Assembly: GCA_031416075.1 (NCBI GenBank)
Contig: JANOSY010000021.1
Location: 1 to 26,442, forward strand
DNA length: 26,442 bases
Source of the DNA: Candidatus Tenderia sp.
GTDB lineage: Bacteria > Pseudomonadota > Gammaproteobacteria > Tenderiales > Tenderiaceae
Reading direction: 5' to 3'
Shown here piece after piece: positions 1-8,413 of this stretch. Position 1 is the first letter of the stretch; every line of letters begins with the position of its first letter. The translations under genes were made by a program, and so were the position numbers. The notes beneath the pieces are model-generated. The model made no database searches. It was not told where the DNA came from and was given only the letters and a program-made list of their open reading frames with translations.

Positions 1-141
1 AAATGTCATCGGCTCGATCAAGCGTTTTAAAATTATTGCTGATCGTTATCGCAACAGGCGAAAACGTTTTGGGTTGCGGTTTAACTTGATCGCAGGGATA
101 TACAACGTTGAGCTTGAAACTTGAGTTTCGAAAGAGGTCTA
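1..141 (+). mobile_element. Right end of an IS5-family (ISL2 group) insertion sequence: transposase C-terminus plus right inverted repeat
   Basis: Frame 2 (2..124, missing from the ORF track) reads NVIGSIKRFKIIADRYRNRRKRFGLRFNLIAGIYNVELET*, the typical ISL2-group DDE transposase C-terminus. It is followed by GAGTTTCGAAAGAGGTCTA (123..141), an ISL2-type terminal repeat. Truncated by the window start. Confidence 0.85.
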
Positions 142-404
142 TTACACAAAGCATGAGTCGTCGCGGCAACTGCTGGGACAATGCCCCGACCGAACGATTT
201 TTTAGAAGTTACAAAGTTGAATGGATGCCAAAGGACTTTTATTCAACGTATGAGGAAGCGGAGGAAGATGTGTTGAAATATATTATTCAGCATTACAACT
301 CGGCAAGGGGCCATAGCTATAATAATTACCTATCGCCTAATGCAGCTGAAAAAGCAGCGTGAAATATTTCTTGTCTTGGTGTACAGATTTACTTGACCAC
401 TACA
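141..404 (+). mobile_element. 3' part of an IS3-family element (OrfB/integrase-core C-terminus and right IR), interrupted by the ISL2-type IS
   Basis: 141..362 reads ITQSMSRRGNCWDNAPTERFFRSYKVE...YNSARGHSYNNYLSP, with the IS3 SxxGNCxDNA-E motif and the YN..R.HS...SP tail. The element ends ...TTGACCACTACA at 404 (IS3-type 3'-CA end). The first 11 codons of track ORF 108..362 belong to the other IS. Confidence 0.85.
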
Positions 405-592
405 AATGGCGGTTGGTCTGCTTGGCCTGGAATTTAAAACGCCTGGCGAAAATGCACCCGAGTTGCGTCCAGAGCGGTTAGATAAGGCGTAAGAAGAGCG
501 ATTTTCACGGCGATTTTGCTGTTTTTGGGTAAAAAATACGCCACCAGAGGTGCAAGAACTCTTTGGCTGGGCTAAGTCCGACAGGCTGCTAG
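405..592 (+). mobile_element. 3' remnant of an IS1182-family element (transposase C-terminus, right end, CTAG target)
   Basis: 407..481 reads WRLVCLAWNLKRLAKMHPSCVQSG*, matching the IS1182 C-terminal motif (E)W.LVC.AWNLKR. The end sequence TAAGTCCGACAGGCTG is followed by CTAG (589..592). Confidence 0.7.
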
Positions 593-679
593 GGGCTAGG
601 CCGACTACGGTACAGGTTTGTATGTATTTTATAGCCTTATCTGGCACTATAGGCGGAGCTGAACGAGTAGGTAGATGCT

Positions 680-1186
680 GTGTCTGTATATTCCCTGGAA
701 AAGTTGATTGCTGAAACGCGCCGTATTGCGCGGGATTACCGTAACGCTACTGGCAAGCCGTTGGGCGGAGTGAGTGGTGAGATTGCCCAGTTTGACGCCT
801 GTAAAGAGCTAGGCTTAGAGCCGGTGCCCGCAGGTACTGAAGGTGGTTACGACGCCGTGGGGTGTGGCAAACGGGCGGGCAAAAAGGTGCAGATCAAGGC
901 ACGTACCATCTTTGATGAGGGCAAACAGGGGCAGCGCATCGGCCAGCTTAAACTCGAACAGGCGTGGGACAGTGTGGTGCTGGTGCTGCTGGATGAGAAT
1001 TTTGAACCGTTTGAGATGTACGAGGCTGGGCGTGCCGAACTGACGGAGGCGCATCAGCAGAACGAGAGCAAACGCAGTAAACGGGGGGCGATGTCAGTTG
1101 CCAAATTCAAGGCCATCAGCCAGCTTGTCTGGACCCGTGAACGGGGTGAAGAGGATGAGGTCTGGGATAACCAGTCTGGTCTTTAA
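680..1186 (+). CDS. Conserved hypothetical protein, possible PD-(D/E)xK nuclease-like fold (DUF6998-like)
   Basis: 168-aa ORF with a GTG start and coding-like composition. Motifs GEIA...GYDA...VQIKAR resemble the E..D..QxK restriction-endonuclease-like core. The family assignment is from memory. Confidence 0.6.
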   Translation: MSVYSLEKLIAETRRIARDYRNATGKPLGGVSGEIAQFDACKELGLEPVPAGTEGGYDAVGCGKRAGKKVQIKARTIFDEGKQGQRIGQLKLEQAWDSVVLVLLDENFEPFEMYEAGRAELTEAHQQNESKRSKRGAMSVAKFKAISQLVWTRERGEEDEVWDNQSGL

Positions 1187-1213
1187 GCCACCATCAACTA
1201 TTGAACTCCACTA

Positions 1214-3160
1214 ATGCCATTGATTGAAGCAGCTGAAGTACTGGGGCTTGATGGTCCTATGGCCCGTTGTATTGACGGTTTTTTGCCACGTCTGCAGCAG
1301 CAGGAGATGGCGCAGGCGGTAGAGCAGGCTATTAAAAACAGTCAGGTACTGATCTGCGAAGCGGGTACCGGTACCGGCAAAACCTTTGCCTATCTGGTGC
1401 CGGCACTGCTGTCGGGACAGAAGGTGGTGGTATCCACCGGGACTAAAAATCTTCAGGATCAGCTCTATCAAAAGGATCTGCCCCTGGTGCGTAAGGCGCT
1501 GCAGGTGCCGGTGACCACGGCGCTGCTTAAAGGGCGCAGCAACTACCTCTGTCTCTACCGTCTGCGTGTCACAAAGGATGAGGGGCGTCTCTCCTCGCGG
1601 GAGATGATCCACCAGCTGCAACAGGTGGGGGAGTGGGCCGGCGTGACGGAGTCGGGCGATATCACCGAGTTTATGGAGATCGGTGAGGATTCGATGCTCT
1701 GGCCGATGGTCACCTCCACTATTGATAACTGTCTCGGTTCGGAGTGTCCCGATTTTGGTGAGTGCCATGTGATGAAGGCACGGCGTGAGGCGGTCAACGC
1801 CGATGTTGTGGTGATTAACCACCATCTGCTGCTGGCAGACATGGTATTGCGTGAGGATGGTTTTGGTGAGCTGTTGCCCACGGCCAATGCCTATATCGTT
1901 GACGAAGCCCATCAACTGCCAGAGATTGCCGGTAGCTTTTTTGGCACCCATCTCAGCAGTCGCCAGCTCAGCGAGCTGGCCAAAGATAGCACCCGTGAGT
2001 ATTACAGCTGTGCGGTCGATAGCCCGGCGCTGCTGAAGGTGGCGGACCGGCTGGAGTATGTGGTGCGTGATCTGCGTCTGGCACTGGGGGATACCAGTCA
2101 GCGCACGCCGTGGCAGACCTTATATAAGGAACCCAAGGTGGTCGAGCAGCTCGATAGCCTGGCACAGGTGCTGGAGGATCTGTATGGATCACTGAAATTG
2201 TTGGCTTCGCGCAGCAAAGGGATGGAAAACTGCCTGGAACGGTGTGAACAGCTACGTGCCTATTTGAAGCTTTTTAGCCACGCCGGCAGTGATGATAACG
2301 TCTACTGGGTCGATATCTACAGCCGCACCTTTGTGCTCTGCTGCACACCGCTGAACGTGGCGGAGCCTTTTCAAAAACGGTTGCAGCACCACAAAGCGGC
2401 CTGGATATTTACCTCCGCAACGCTGGCGGTGAATGGCCGGTTTGACCACTACGCCCGACAGCTGGGGCTGGAGAGTGCGGCCACGGCATTGTGGGATAGC
2501 CCGTTTGATTATCGGCGCAACGCCTTGCTTTATGTGCCCGAGGCGCTGCCGGAACCGAACAGTTTTGGTTATACCGAAGCGGTTATCGAGGCGGCGTTAC
2601 CGGTGCTGGAGGCGTCACGTGGCCGCGCCTTTTTGCTGTTTACCAGCCACCGCGCCTTGAAACAGGCGGCGGAGTTGCTGGCGGACAAGATTGAGTTTCC
2701 ACTGCTGATACAGGGTAGTTACCCCCGCAATGAACTGCTGCGCCGTTTTCGCGAGTTGGGCAACGCCATACTGCTGGGAACGGGGAGCTTCTGGGAGGGG
2801 GTTGATGTGCGGGGAGGGGCGCTGTCGTGTGTCATCATCGACAAACTCCCGTTTGCCGCACCGGATGATCCGGTGATGCAGGCGCGTGCCGATCTGCTGC
2901 GTAGTCAGGGCGGGAATCCGTTTATGGAGCAGCAGGTACCGCAGGCGGTGATCACCCTGAAACAGGGGGTTGGACGTCTGATCCGTGATGTGAATGATCG
3001 AGGTGTGATGATGCTCTGTGATCCACGGTTGATCAGTAAACCCTATGGCAAGGTATTTCTCGACAGTCTGCCAGCGATGTATCGAACCCGTAAAGTTGCG
3101 CGGGTAAAACGTTTTTTCGAATTGGAACAAACAGATCCAATTACCACATCTTCAGAGTGA
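1214..3160 (+). CDS. yoaA: ATP-dependent DNA helicase, DinG/XPD family (YoaA)
   Basis: Q motif, Walker A EAGTGTGKT, LKGRSNYLC and Fe-S cluster cysteines, DEAH box, SATL, FWEGVDV, QGVGRLIR. It lies upstream of tsaB, as in enterobacteria. Confidence 0.92.
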   Translation: MPLIEAAEVLGLDGPMARCIDGFLPRLQQQEMAQAVEQAIKNSQVLICEAGTGTGKTFAYLVPALLSGQKVVVSTGTKNLQDQLYQKDLPLVRKALQVPVTTALLKGRSNYLCLYRLRVTKDEGRLSSREMIHQLQQVGEWAGVTESGDITEFMEIGEDSMLWPMVTSTIDNCLGSECPDFGECHVMKARREAVNADVVVINHHLLLADMVLREDGFGELLPTANAYIVDEAHQLPEIAGSFFGTHLSSRQLSELAKDSTREYYSCAVDSPALLKVADRLEYVVRDLRLALGDTSQRTPWQTLYKEPKVVEQLDSLAQVLEDLYGSLKLLASRSKGMENCLERCEQLRAYLKLFSHAGSDDNVYWVDIYSRTFVLCCTPLNVAEPFQKRLQHHKAAWIFTSATLAVNGRFDHYARQLGLESAATALWDSPFDYRRNALLYVPEALPEPNSFGYTEAVIEAALPVLEASRGRAFLLFTSHRALKQAAELLADKIEFPLLIQGSYPRNELLRRFRELGNAILLGTGSFWEGVDVRGGALSCVIIDKLPFAAPDDPVMQARADLLRSQGGNPFMEQQVPQAVITLKQGVGRLIRDVNDRGVMMLCDPRLISKPYGKVFLDSLPAMYRTRKVARVKRFFELEQTDPITTSSE

Positions 3161-3171
3161 TTTTTGTCACA
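3156..3171. promoter_or_regulatory. CRP/Vfr-like binding site
   Basis: AGTGA-TTTTTG-TCACA matches TGTGA-N6-TCACA at 9/10 positions. It overlaps the yoaA stop codon, about 120 bp upstream of the small ORF at 3291. Confidence 0.5.
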
Positions 3172-3290
3172 GTTTTTTTACCACGTGAGTTAGTCAACAC
3201 TCCTCAAGTCCGCGCCACGGCTGGCCGTTAGCTGATAGGTAGTCGCAGTATCTAGAAGTACTCTTTCCAGGCAGCACAAGGAGCGCAGCC

Positions 3291-3473
3291 ATGACAAATG
3301 TAATGGGTATGTTAATTGAGGCGGTGGTATTGGCATTTTGTATGGGCGGTGCGTTGGGCGCGGTAGTGACCATGCATCTGCAACATAAGGGCCGTAGGGT
3401 TGAGAGTGATGAGTTTGCTGACCAATCGTTAACACCGGTTGAGATAAAACTGAATACTCGTCGTTTTAAATGA
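3291..3473 (+). CDS. Small single-pass membrane protein, unknown function (60 aa)
   Basis: AAGGAG RBS 7 nt before the ATG, a hydrophobic segment LIEAVVLAFCMGGALGAVVTM, and a downstream terminator. Confidence 0.65.
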   Translation: MTNVMGMLIEAVVLAFCMGGALGAVVTMHLQHKGRRVESDEFADQSLTPVEIKLNTRRFK

Positions 3474-3490
3474 GTAAACGTCTGTTGTAG

Positions 3491-3527
3491 CAGGCAGCCT
3501 GTTTTGGCGTGTGGGCTGCCTGTTTTA
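3491..3527 (+). terminator. Rho-independent terminator after the small ORF
   Basis: Stem CAGGCAGCCT / GGGCTGCCTG followed by TTTTAT. Confidence 0.6.
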
Positions 3528-3607
3528 TGGTTGGTTGTAATCCTCCTTTATCGTTGCCCCCTTTCCCTCTATCATAGTGACTCTCCGCAAACGACTGGAA
3601 AGTATCA

Positions 3608-4282
3608 TTGAATATTCTTGCCATTGAGACCTCAACCGAGGCCTGTTCCGCAGCACTGCTGGTTAACGGTGAAATCAAGGAGCGTTTTGAAACTGCCCCC
3701 CGTGGCCACGGCGACCTTATTTTACAGATGGTGGATGGGTTGCTTGCCGATGCCGGGTTAAAACCACAACAGTTGAGTGCTATCGCCTTTGGTCGTGGTC
3801 CGGGGGCGTTTACCGGCGTGCGTATCGCCACCAGTGTGGTGCAGGGGATCGCCCTGGGGGCAGATCTGCCGGTTGTGGCAGTCTCGACGCTGGCGGCGCT
3901 GGCCCAGGGCGGTTATCGACAACATCAATACCCGATGATTCTATGTGCCATGGATGCACGGATGTCTGAGATCTACTGGGGTACGTATCTGATGGAATCG
4001 GGACTGGCGGTGGCTCAGGGACAGGAGTGTGTCTGTCCGGCGGAGTCTGCACCGGCGGTGAGTGGTGATGGTTGGCAGGGGATAGGCAGTGGCTGGCATG
4101 TCTATGGTGAGCAACTGACTGAACATTATGGCACTCAGGTATCTCTCTGTGACCCTGCGGCCCTGCCACGGGCCTGGGATGTGGCGCTGTTGGCTGAGCG
4201 TGACTATCGCAACGGTATGGCGGTGAGTGCGGAGCTGGCCTTGCCGGTCTATCTGCGTGATAACGTGGTTAGCCGCAGCTAA
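3608..4282 (+). CDS. tsaB: tRNA threonylcarbamoyladenosine biosynthesis protein TsaB (YeaZ)
   Basis: N-terminal ILAIETSTEACSAAL, GRGPGAFTGVRIA, DARMSEIY and C-terminal PVYLR. TTG start. Confidence 0.95.
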   Translation: MNILAIETSTEACSAALLVNGEIKERFETAPRGHGDLILQMVDGLLADAGLKPQQLSAIAFGRGPGAFTGVRIATSVVQGIALGADLPVVAVSTLAALAQGGYRQHQYPMILCAMDARMSEIYWGTYLMESGLAVAQGQECVCPAESAPAVSGDGWQGIGSGWHVYGEQLTEHYGTQVSLCDPAALPRAWDVALLAERDYRNGMAVSAELALPVYLRDNVVSRS

Positions 4283-4299
4283 GGAGATTATGCAGACCG

Positions 4300-5097
4300 A
4301 TGAATAGCGAGCGTAACTGTATCAATCTTGTGCAAATGTCTGATCCACATCTGTTTGCGGATAGGTTGGGCAGCATGTATGGCCTCAATACTCTCCAGTC
4401 CTTGCAGGCGGTGGTGAATGAGGTGGCGCAGCAGCCGTTTGATCTGGGGGTTGTGACCGGGGATTTGAGTCAGGACCACCAGCTTGGCGCTTACCACCAT
4501 CTGCGTGACGTATTGCAGGGACTGAAAATGCCGCTGCACCTGATCCCCGGTAACCATGATGACTGGGTGTTGATGAGGGAGACCTTTGGCGAGGGCAGCA
4601 TCAGTTGCAATAAGGTTGTGGTACTGGGCCAGTGGCAGATTATCCTGCTGAATACTCAGGTGGTGGGTGAGGTGGGGGGGTGCCTGAGTGGATCGGAACT
4701 GAGCTGGCTGGAAGAGACCCTGGCCAGGGGTGACGCGGCCCATGTTGTGGTCTGTATCCATCACCATCCGGTTGATATCGGGTCACGCTGGCTTGACCAG
4801 ATTGGTCTGCATAATGCGGACAAGCTGTTTGAGGTACTGGCCTCTTATCCGCAGGTGAAGGCGTTGCTGTGGGGCCATGTGCATCAGGCGTTTGATGAGT
4901 GCCGTGCCGGATTGCGGTTGCTCTCGTGCCCCTCTACCTGCATTCAATTTAAGCCGGGGAGTGATAAGTTTGCGTTGGATCTGCTGCCACCCGGTTACCG
5001 CTGGTTGCGGTTGTATGATGATGGTTCGCTGGAGACGGGTATTCGGCGTCTTGAGACGATGCCTGGTCAGATCGATCCAGATCAGAAGGGGTATTGA
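4300..5097 (+). CDS. cpdA: 3',5'-cyclic-AMP phosphodiesterase CpdA (class III metallophosphoesterase)
   Basis: Motifs SDPHL, TGDLSQD, PGNHD, HHHP, WGHVHQ, PSTCIQFKP and PGYRWL. AAGGAG RBS. Confidence 0.92.
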   Translation: MNSERNCINLVQMSDPHLFADRLGSMYGLNTLQSLQAVVNEVAQQPFDLGVVTGDLSQDHQLGAYHHLRDVLQGLKMPLHLIPGNHDDWVLMRETFGEGSISCNKVVVLGQWQIILLNTQVVGEVGGCLSGSELSWLEETLARGDAAHVVVCIHHHPVDIGSRWLDQIGLHNADKLFEVLASYPQVKALLWGHVHQAFDECRAGLRLLSCPSTCIQFKPGSDKFALDLLPPGYRWLRLYDDGSLETGIRRLETMPGQIDPDQKGY

Positions 5098-5160
5098 GTC
5101 TCTACAAATAACCCGGCCCGCACTGAGGCGGACCCATGGGCTGTTTGAATAAAACAGTCG

Positions 5161-5862
5161 TTATCGATGTAGCTCTTCTTCCATCTGTTCAACGCTGATG
5201 TGCCTGACGTTTTTACCTTTCACCAGATAGATGATGTATTCACACATGTTTTTGGCGTGGTCACCGGCACGTTCCAGCGCACGGGCCGCCCAGATGACAT
5301 TGAGAACCCGCTTGATGGTGCGTGGATCTTCCATCATAAAGGTCATGTTCTGGCGCATGATCGCCTCGTATTCGTGGTCCACCTGCATATCCATCTTGGC
5401 CACGGCAATAGCAGCATCCACATCCATCCGCACAAAGGCGTCCAGCGCGCCGTGGATCATCTTCTGTACGTGGCTACCCAGTGACTGGATCTCGATGTAT
5501 CCGTTGCGTGGGCGCTCCATGCCAGCCAAATCTTTTGCCATCCGGGCAACTTTTTTGGCTTGATCGCCCATGCGCTCCAGATCGGTGATAGTTTTGATGA
5601 CGGCAATCACCAGCCGCAGGTCACCGGCGGTGGGTTGGCGGCGGGCGAGGATATGGGTGCACTCTTCATCAATCTCCACCTCCATGGCGTTGACCTTATA
5701 GTCACCGGTGATGACATCTTCTGCCAGTTCGATATTGCCCTCCGTGAGTGCGGCAACCGCATTCATGGTCTGTTTTTCAACCAGACCGCCCAGGGCAAAT
5801 ACATGGTTACGCAGATGTTCCAGTTCAGAATCAAACTGTTGTGATATGTGGTGTTTATCCAT
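5161..5862 (-). CDS. phoU: Phosphate signalling/transport regulator PhoU
   Basis: HISQQFDSEL, ARRQPTAGDLR, DLERMGD, LERAGDHAKN. Start placed at MDKHHIS behind a GGAG RBS; the track start at 5874 is an alternative. Confidence 0.95.
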   Translation of the reverse strand: MDKHHISQQFDSELEHLRNHVFALGGLVEKQTMNAVAALTEGNIELAEDVITGDYKVNAMEVEIDEECTHILARRQPTAGDLRLVIAVIKTITDLERMGDQAKKVARMAKDLAGMERPRNGYIEIQSLGSHVQKMIHGALDAFVRMDVDAAIAVAKMDMQVDHEYEAIMRQNMTFMMEDPRTIKRVLNVIWAARALERAGDHAKNMCEYIIYLVKGKNVRHISVEQMEEELHR

Positions 5863-5892
5863 GGCGCTCTCCAAATAGGGATAGTGTGCAGC

Positions 5893-6729
5893 TTAACCGT
5901 AACGACCGGTAATGTAATCTTCGGTCTGTTTTTTGCCAGGATTAGTAAAGAGTGTATCCGTGCTGGCCAGCTCAATCAGCTCGCCCATGTACATAAAGGC
6001 GGTGTAGTCAGAGACACGCGCTGCCTGTTGCATGTTGTGGGTGACGATGATGATGGTATAGGTCGACTTCAGTTCGTAGATCAACTCCTCAATTTTTAAG
6101 GTTGAGATGGGGTCCAGGGCCGAGGCCGGTTCATCCAGCAGCAGTACATCAGGCTCGATGGCGATGGCGCGGGCGATCACCAGACGCTGCTGCTGACCGC
6201 CGGAGAGGCCAAAGGCGCTATCGTGCAGACGATCTTTTACCTCATCCCAGAGTGCCGCCCCTTTGAGGGAGTTTTCCACCGCCTCATCCAGTACCCTGCG
6301 CTCTTTTACCCCTTGAATACGCAGGCCGTAGGCGACGTTTTCGTAGATCGACTTGGGGAAAGGGTTGGGTTTCTGGAAGACCATACCCACACGGCGGCGC
6401 AGTGCGGAGACATCGACAGTACGGGCGTAGATGTCGTCGCCGTCGAGCAGAATCTGCCCTTCGATACGGACATCATCCACCAGGTCGTTCATGCGGTTGA
6501 AGCAGCGCAACAGGGTGGATTTACCACAGCCGCTCGGCCCGATGAAGGCGGTTACCCGCTGTTTGGGGATCGGCATATTGACACCTTTAAGGGCCTCTTT
6601 GTCACCGTAAAAGAGTCGCAGATCTTTGACCTCCAGGGTGTTTTCCGTGGGGGCGCTGCTGTGTGCCGCGCGCTCGCCAGTGATCGCGCCCAGGTCAATA
6701 CCGTGTGTCATGGTTGATGATTTAGTCAC
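5893..6729 (-). CDS. pstB: Phosphate ABC transporter ATP-binding protein PstB
   Basis: [41 protein letters not shown] and C-terminal YITGRYG. Alternative ATG at 6711. Confidence 0.96.
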   Translation of the reverse strand: MTKSSTMTHGIDLGAITGERAAHSSAPTENTLEVKDLRLFYGDKEALKGVNMPIPKQRVTAFIGPSGCGKSTLLRCFNRMNDLVDDVRIEGQILLDGDDIYARTVDVSALRRRVGMVFQKPNPFPKSIYENVAYGLRIQGVKERRVLDEAVENSLKGAALWDEVKDRLHDSAFGLSGGQQQRLVIARAIAIEPDVLLLDEPASALDPISTLKIEELIYELKSTYTIIIVTHNMQQAARVSDYTAFMYMGELIELASTDTLFTNPGKKQTEDYITGRYG

Positions 6730-6754
6730 TTCAGTGTCTGCCTTTTGAGTTCGG

Positions 6755-8413
6755 TTACTGTTCTAGCGATTTATATTTTTCGCGCAGGCGGTTACGAATG
6801 GCAATCGCCGCCAGATTAAGTACAACAATTACAATCACCAGCAGTAGGGCAGTGGCGTATACCAAAGGCCGTGCTGCTTCGATATTGGGGCTTTGGAAAC
6901 CGACATCGTAGATATGGAAACCCAGGTGCATAAATTTACGGTCCAGATGCACAAAGGGGAAGTTACCATCCAGCGGTAGTGAGGGTGCTAACTTGACCAC
7001 ACCGACCAGCATTAACGGTGCCACTTCACCGGCAGCGCGGGCGATGGCCAAAATCATGCCGGTCATGATGGCCGGGCTGGCCATGGGGATAATGGTGCGC
7101 CACAGGGTTTCTGCCTTGGTGGCCCCCAGGGCTAGACTGCCTTCGCGGATGGAGCGGGGGATGCGGGAGAGCCCCTCTTCGGTGGCCACGATCACCACGG
7201 GCATCGTTAGTAACGCAAGTGTGAGCGAGGCCCAGAGCAGTCCGGGGGTGCCAAATACTGGTGCGGGTGCCGATTCGGGGAAAAACAGGCTATCGATGGA
7301 GCCACCGAGGAAGTAGACAAAAAAGCCCAACCCAAATACGCCATAAACAATGGCGGGTACCCCGGCAAGATTGTTGACGGCGATGCGGATGGTGCGGGTG
7401 ATGAACCCCTGTTTGGCATATTCACGCAGATAGATGGCCGCAATCACACCAAAGGGTGTTGCCAGCATCGACATGATGATGACCATGATGACAGTTCCAA
7501 AAATGGCCGGGAAGATCCCCCCTTCGGTATTTGCTTCACGGGGATCCTCTGAGAGAAACTCCCACACTTTCTCAAAATAGAAGAGGGTCTTGGCAAACAG
7601 TGAGAGTTTGTTGGGCTGGTAGGCACGCACCACTTTAGAGAGTGGCAGTTCAACGGTCTGTCCGGTGGAGACTTTGACGGTGACAGTGGCGCGGCCAATC
7701 TCGCGGTAGAGTCCCTGCAGTCTGTTTTGTAGCAGTTCGTACTCTTGCTGGAGCCGCTCTGTTTCAAGTTGAATGTCGGCGAGGGCCTCAGGGGAGGCTC
7801 CGTTTTTAAGCTCCAGTGTGCGCTTTTCCAGACGCAACTGCTCCATGGCGTAGTTGATGGAGCCAATGTCGCTCTTTTCGATGTCACGAATGGTGCTGTG
7901 CAGGTCCAGGGTGGTTTTGATCTGCTTCTGTAGCGCCTCCCAACTGCCTGGGCCTTCGGCCACGGTGGCACCATCGATTTTGAGTTGTTGCAGGTCGCCA
8001 TGCAGGTTGCCCCACTCCAGACGTTCAAAAACGATGATTTCCTTTGGTGTGCTGATACCGCTGATCAAGGGTTTGATGATCCAGCGGAAATCACTGCCAC
8101 CAATATCACGGTTGCCTACTTTAATCAGGTAACGCTGGATACGGTCACTGCTGCTTTCAAGTGCAACGCCGCTGTCACGAATACGCTCTAACGACACCTC
8201 CTCTTTTTCGCGTAGTTCGCCCACCACCTGCACAATCTCGCCATTCTGATAGGGGTCCTGGTATTGATAGGCGTTGATATCGGAGGGCCAGAAGTGGACC
8301 ATGCCACGGGCGATGATCAGTCCCAACAGGCCGATCACCGCCAGCAGGCAGATGGAGACGGCTCCGGCGGTCAGCCAGATCCAGGGTTTACCGCTTTTTA
8401 TCCAGTTTTTCAT
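6755..8413 (-). CDS. pstA: Phosphate ABC transporter permease PstA (long form with periplasmic/coiled-coil insertion)
   Basis: [31 protein letters not shown] loop [20 protein letters not shown]. Its start overlaps the pstC stop. Confidence 0.93.
   Translation of the reverse strand: MKNWIKSGKPWIWLTAGAVSICLLAVIGLLGLIIARGMVHFWPSDINAYQYQDPYQNGEIVQVVGELREKEEVSLERIRDSGVALESSSDRIQRYLIKVGNRDIGGSDFRWIIKPLISGISTPKEIIVFERLEWGNLHGDLQQLKIDGATVAEGPGSWEALQKQIKTTLDLHSTIRDIEKSDIGSINYAMEQLRLEKRTLELKNGASPEALADIQLETERLQQEYELLQNRLQGLYREIGRATVTVKVSTGQTVELPLSKVVRAYQPNKLSLFAKTLFYFEKVWEFLSEDPREANTEGGIFPAIFGTVIMVIIMSMLATPFGVIAAIYLREYAKQGFITRTIRIAVNNLAGVPAIVYGVFGLGFFVYFLGGSIDSLFFPESAPAPVFGTPGLLWASLTLALLTMPVVIVATEEGLSRIPRSIREGSLALGATKAETLWRTIIPMASPAIMTGMILAIARAAGEVAPLMLVGVVKLAPSLPLDGNFPFVHLDRKFMHLGFHIYDVGFQSPNIEAARPLVYATALLLVIVIVVLNLAAIAIRNRLREKYKSLEQ

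Noticed and set aside
108-362. Track ORF of 84 aa as a stand-alone gene
   Set aside because: It is a chimera: the first codons come from the ISL2-type transposase end and IR, and the rest is an interrupted IS3 OrfB.
330-647. 105-aa minus-strand ORF
   Set aside because: It runs antisense across the IS3 and IS1182 ends and has no recognisable motifs.
1214-3160. DinG helicase as part of a type IV CRISPR (CasDinG) system
   Set aside because: There are no cas genes or repeat-spacer array in the window. The sequence and tsaB linkage fit housekeeping YoaA.
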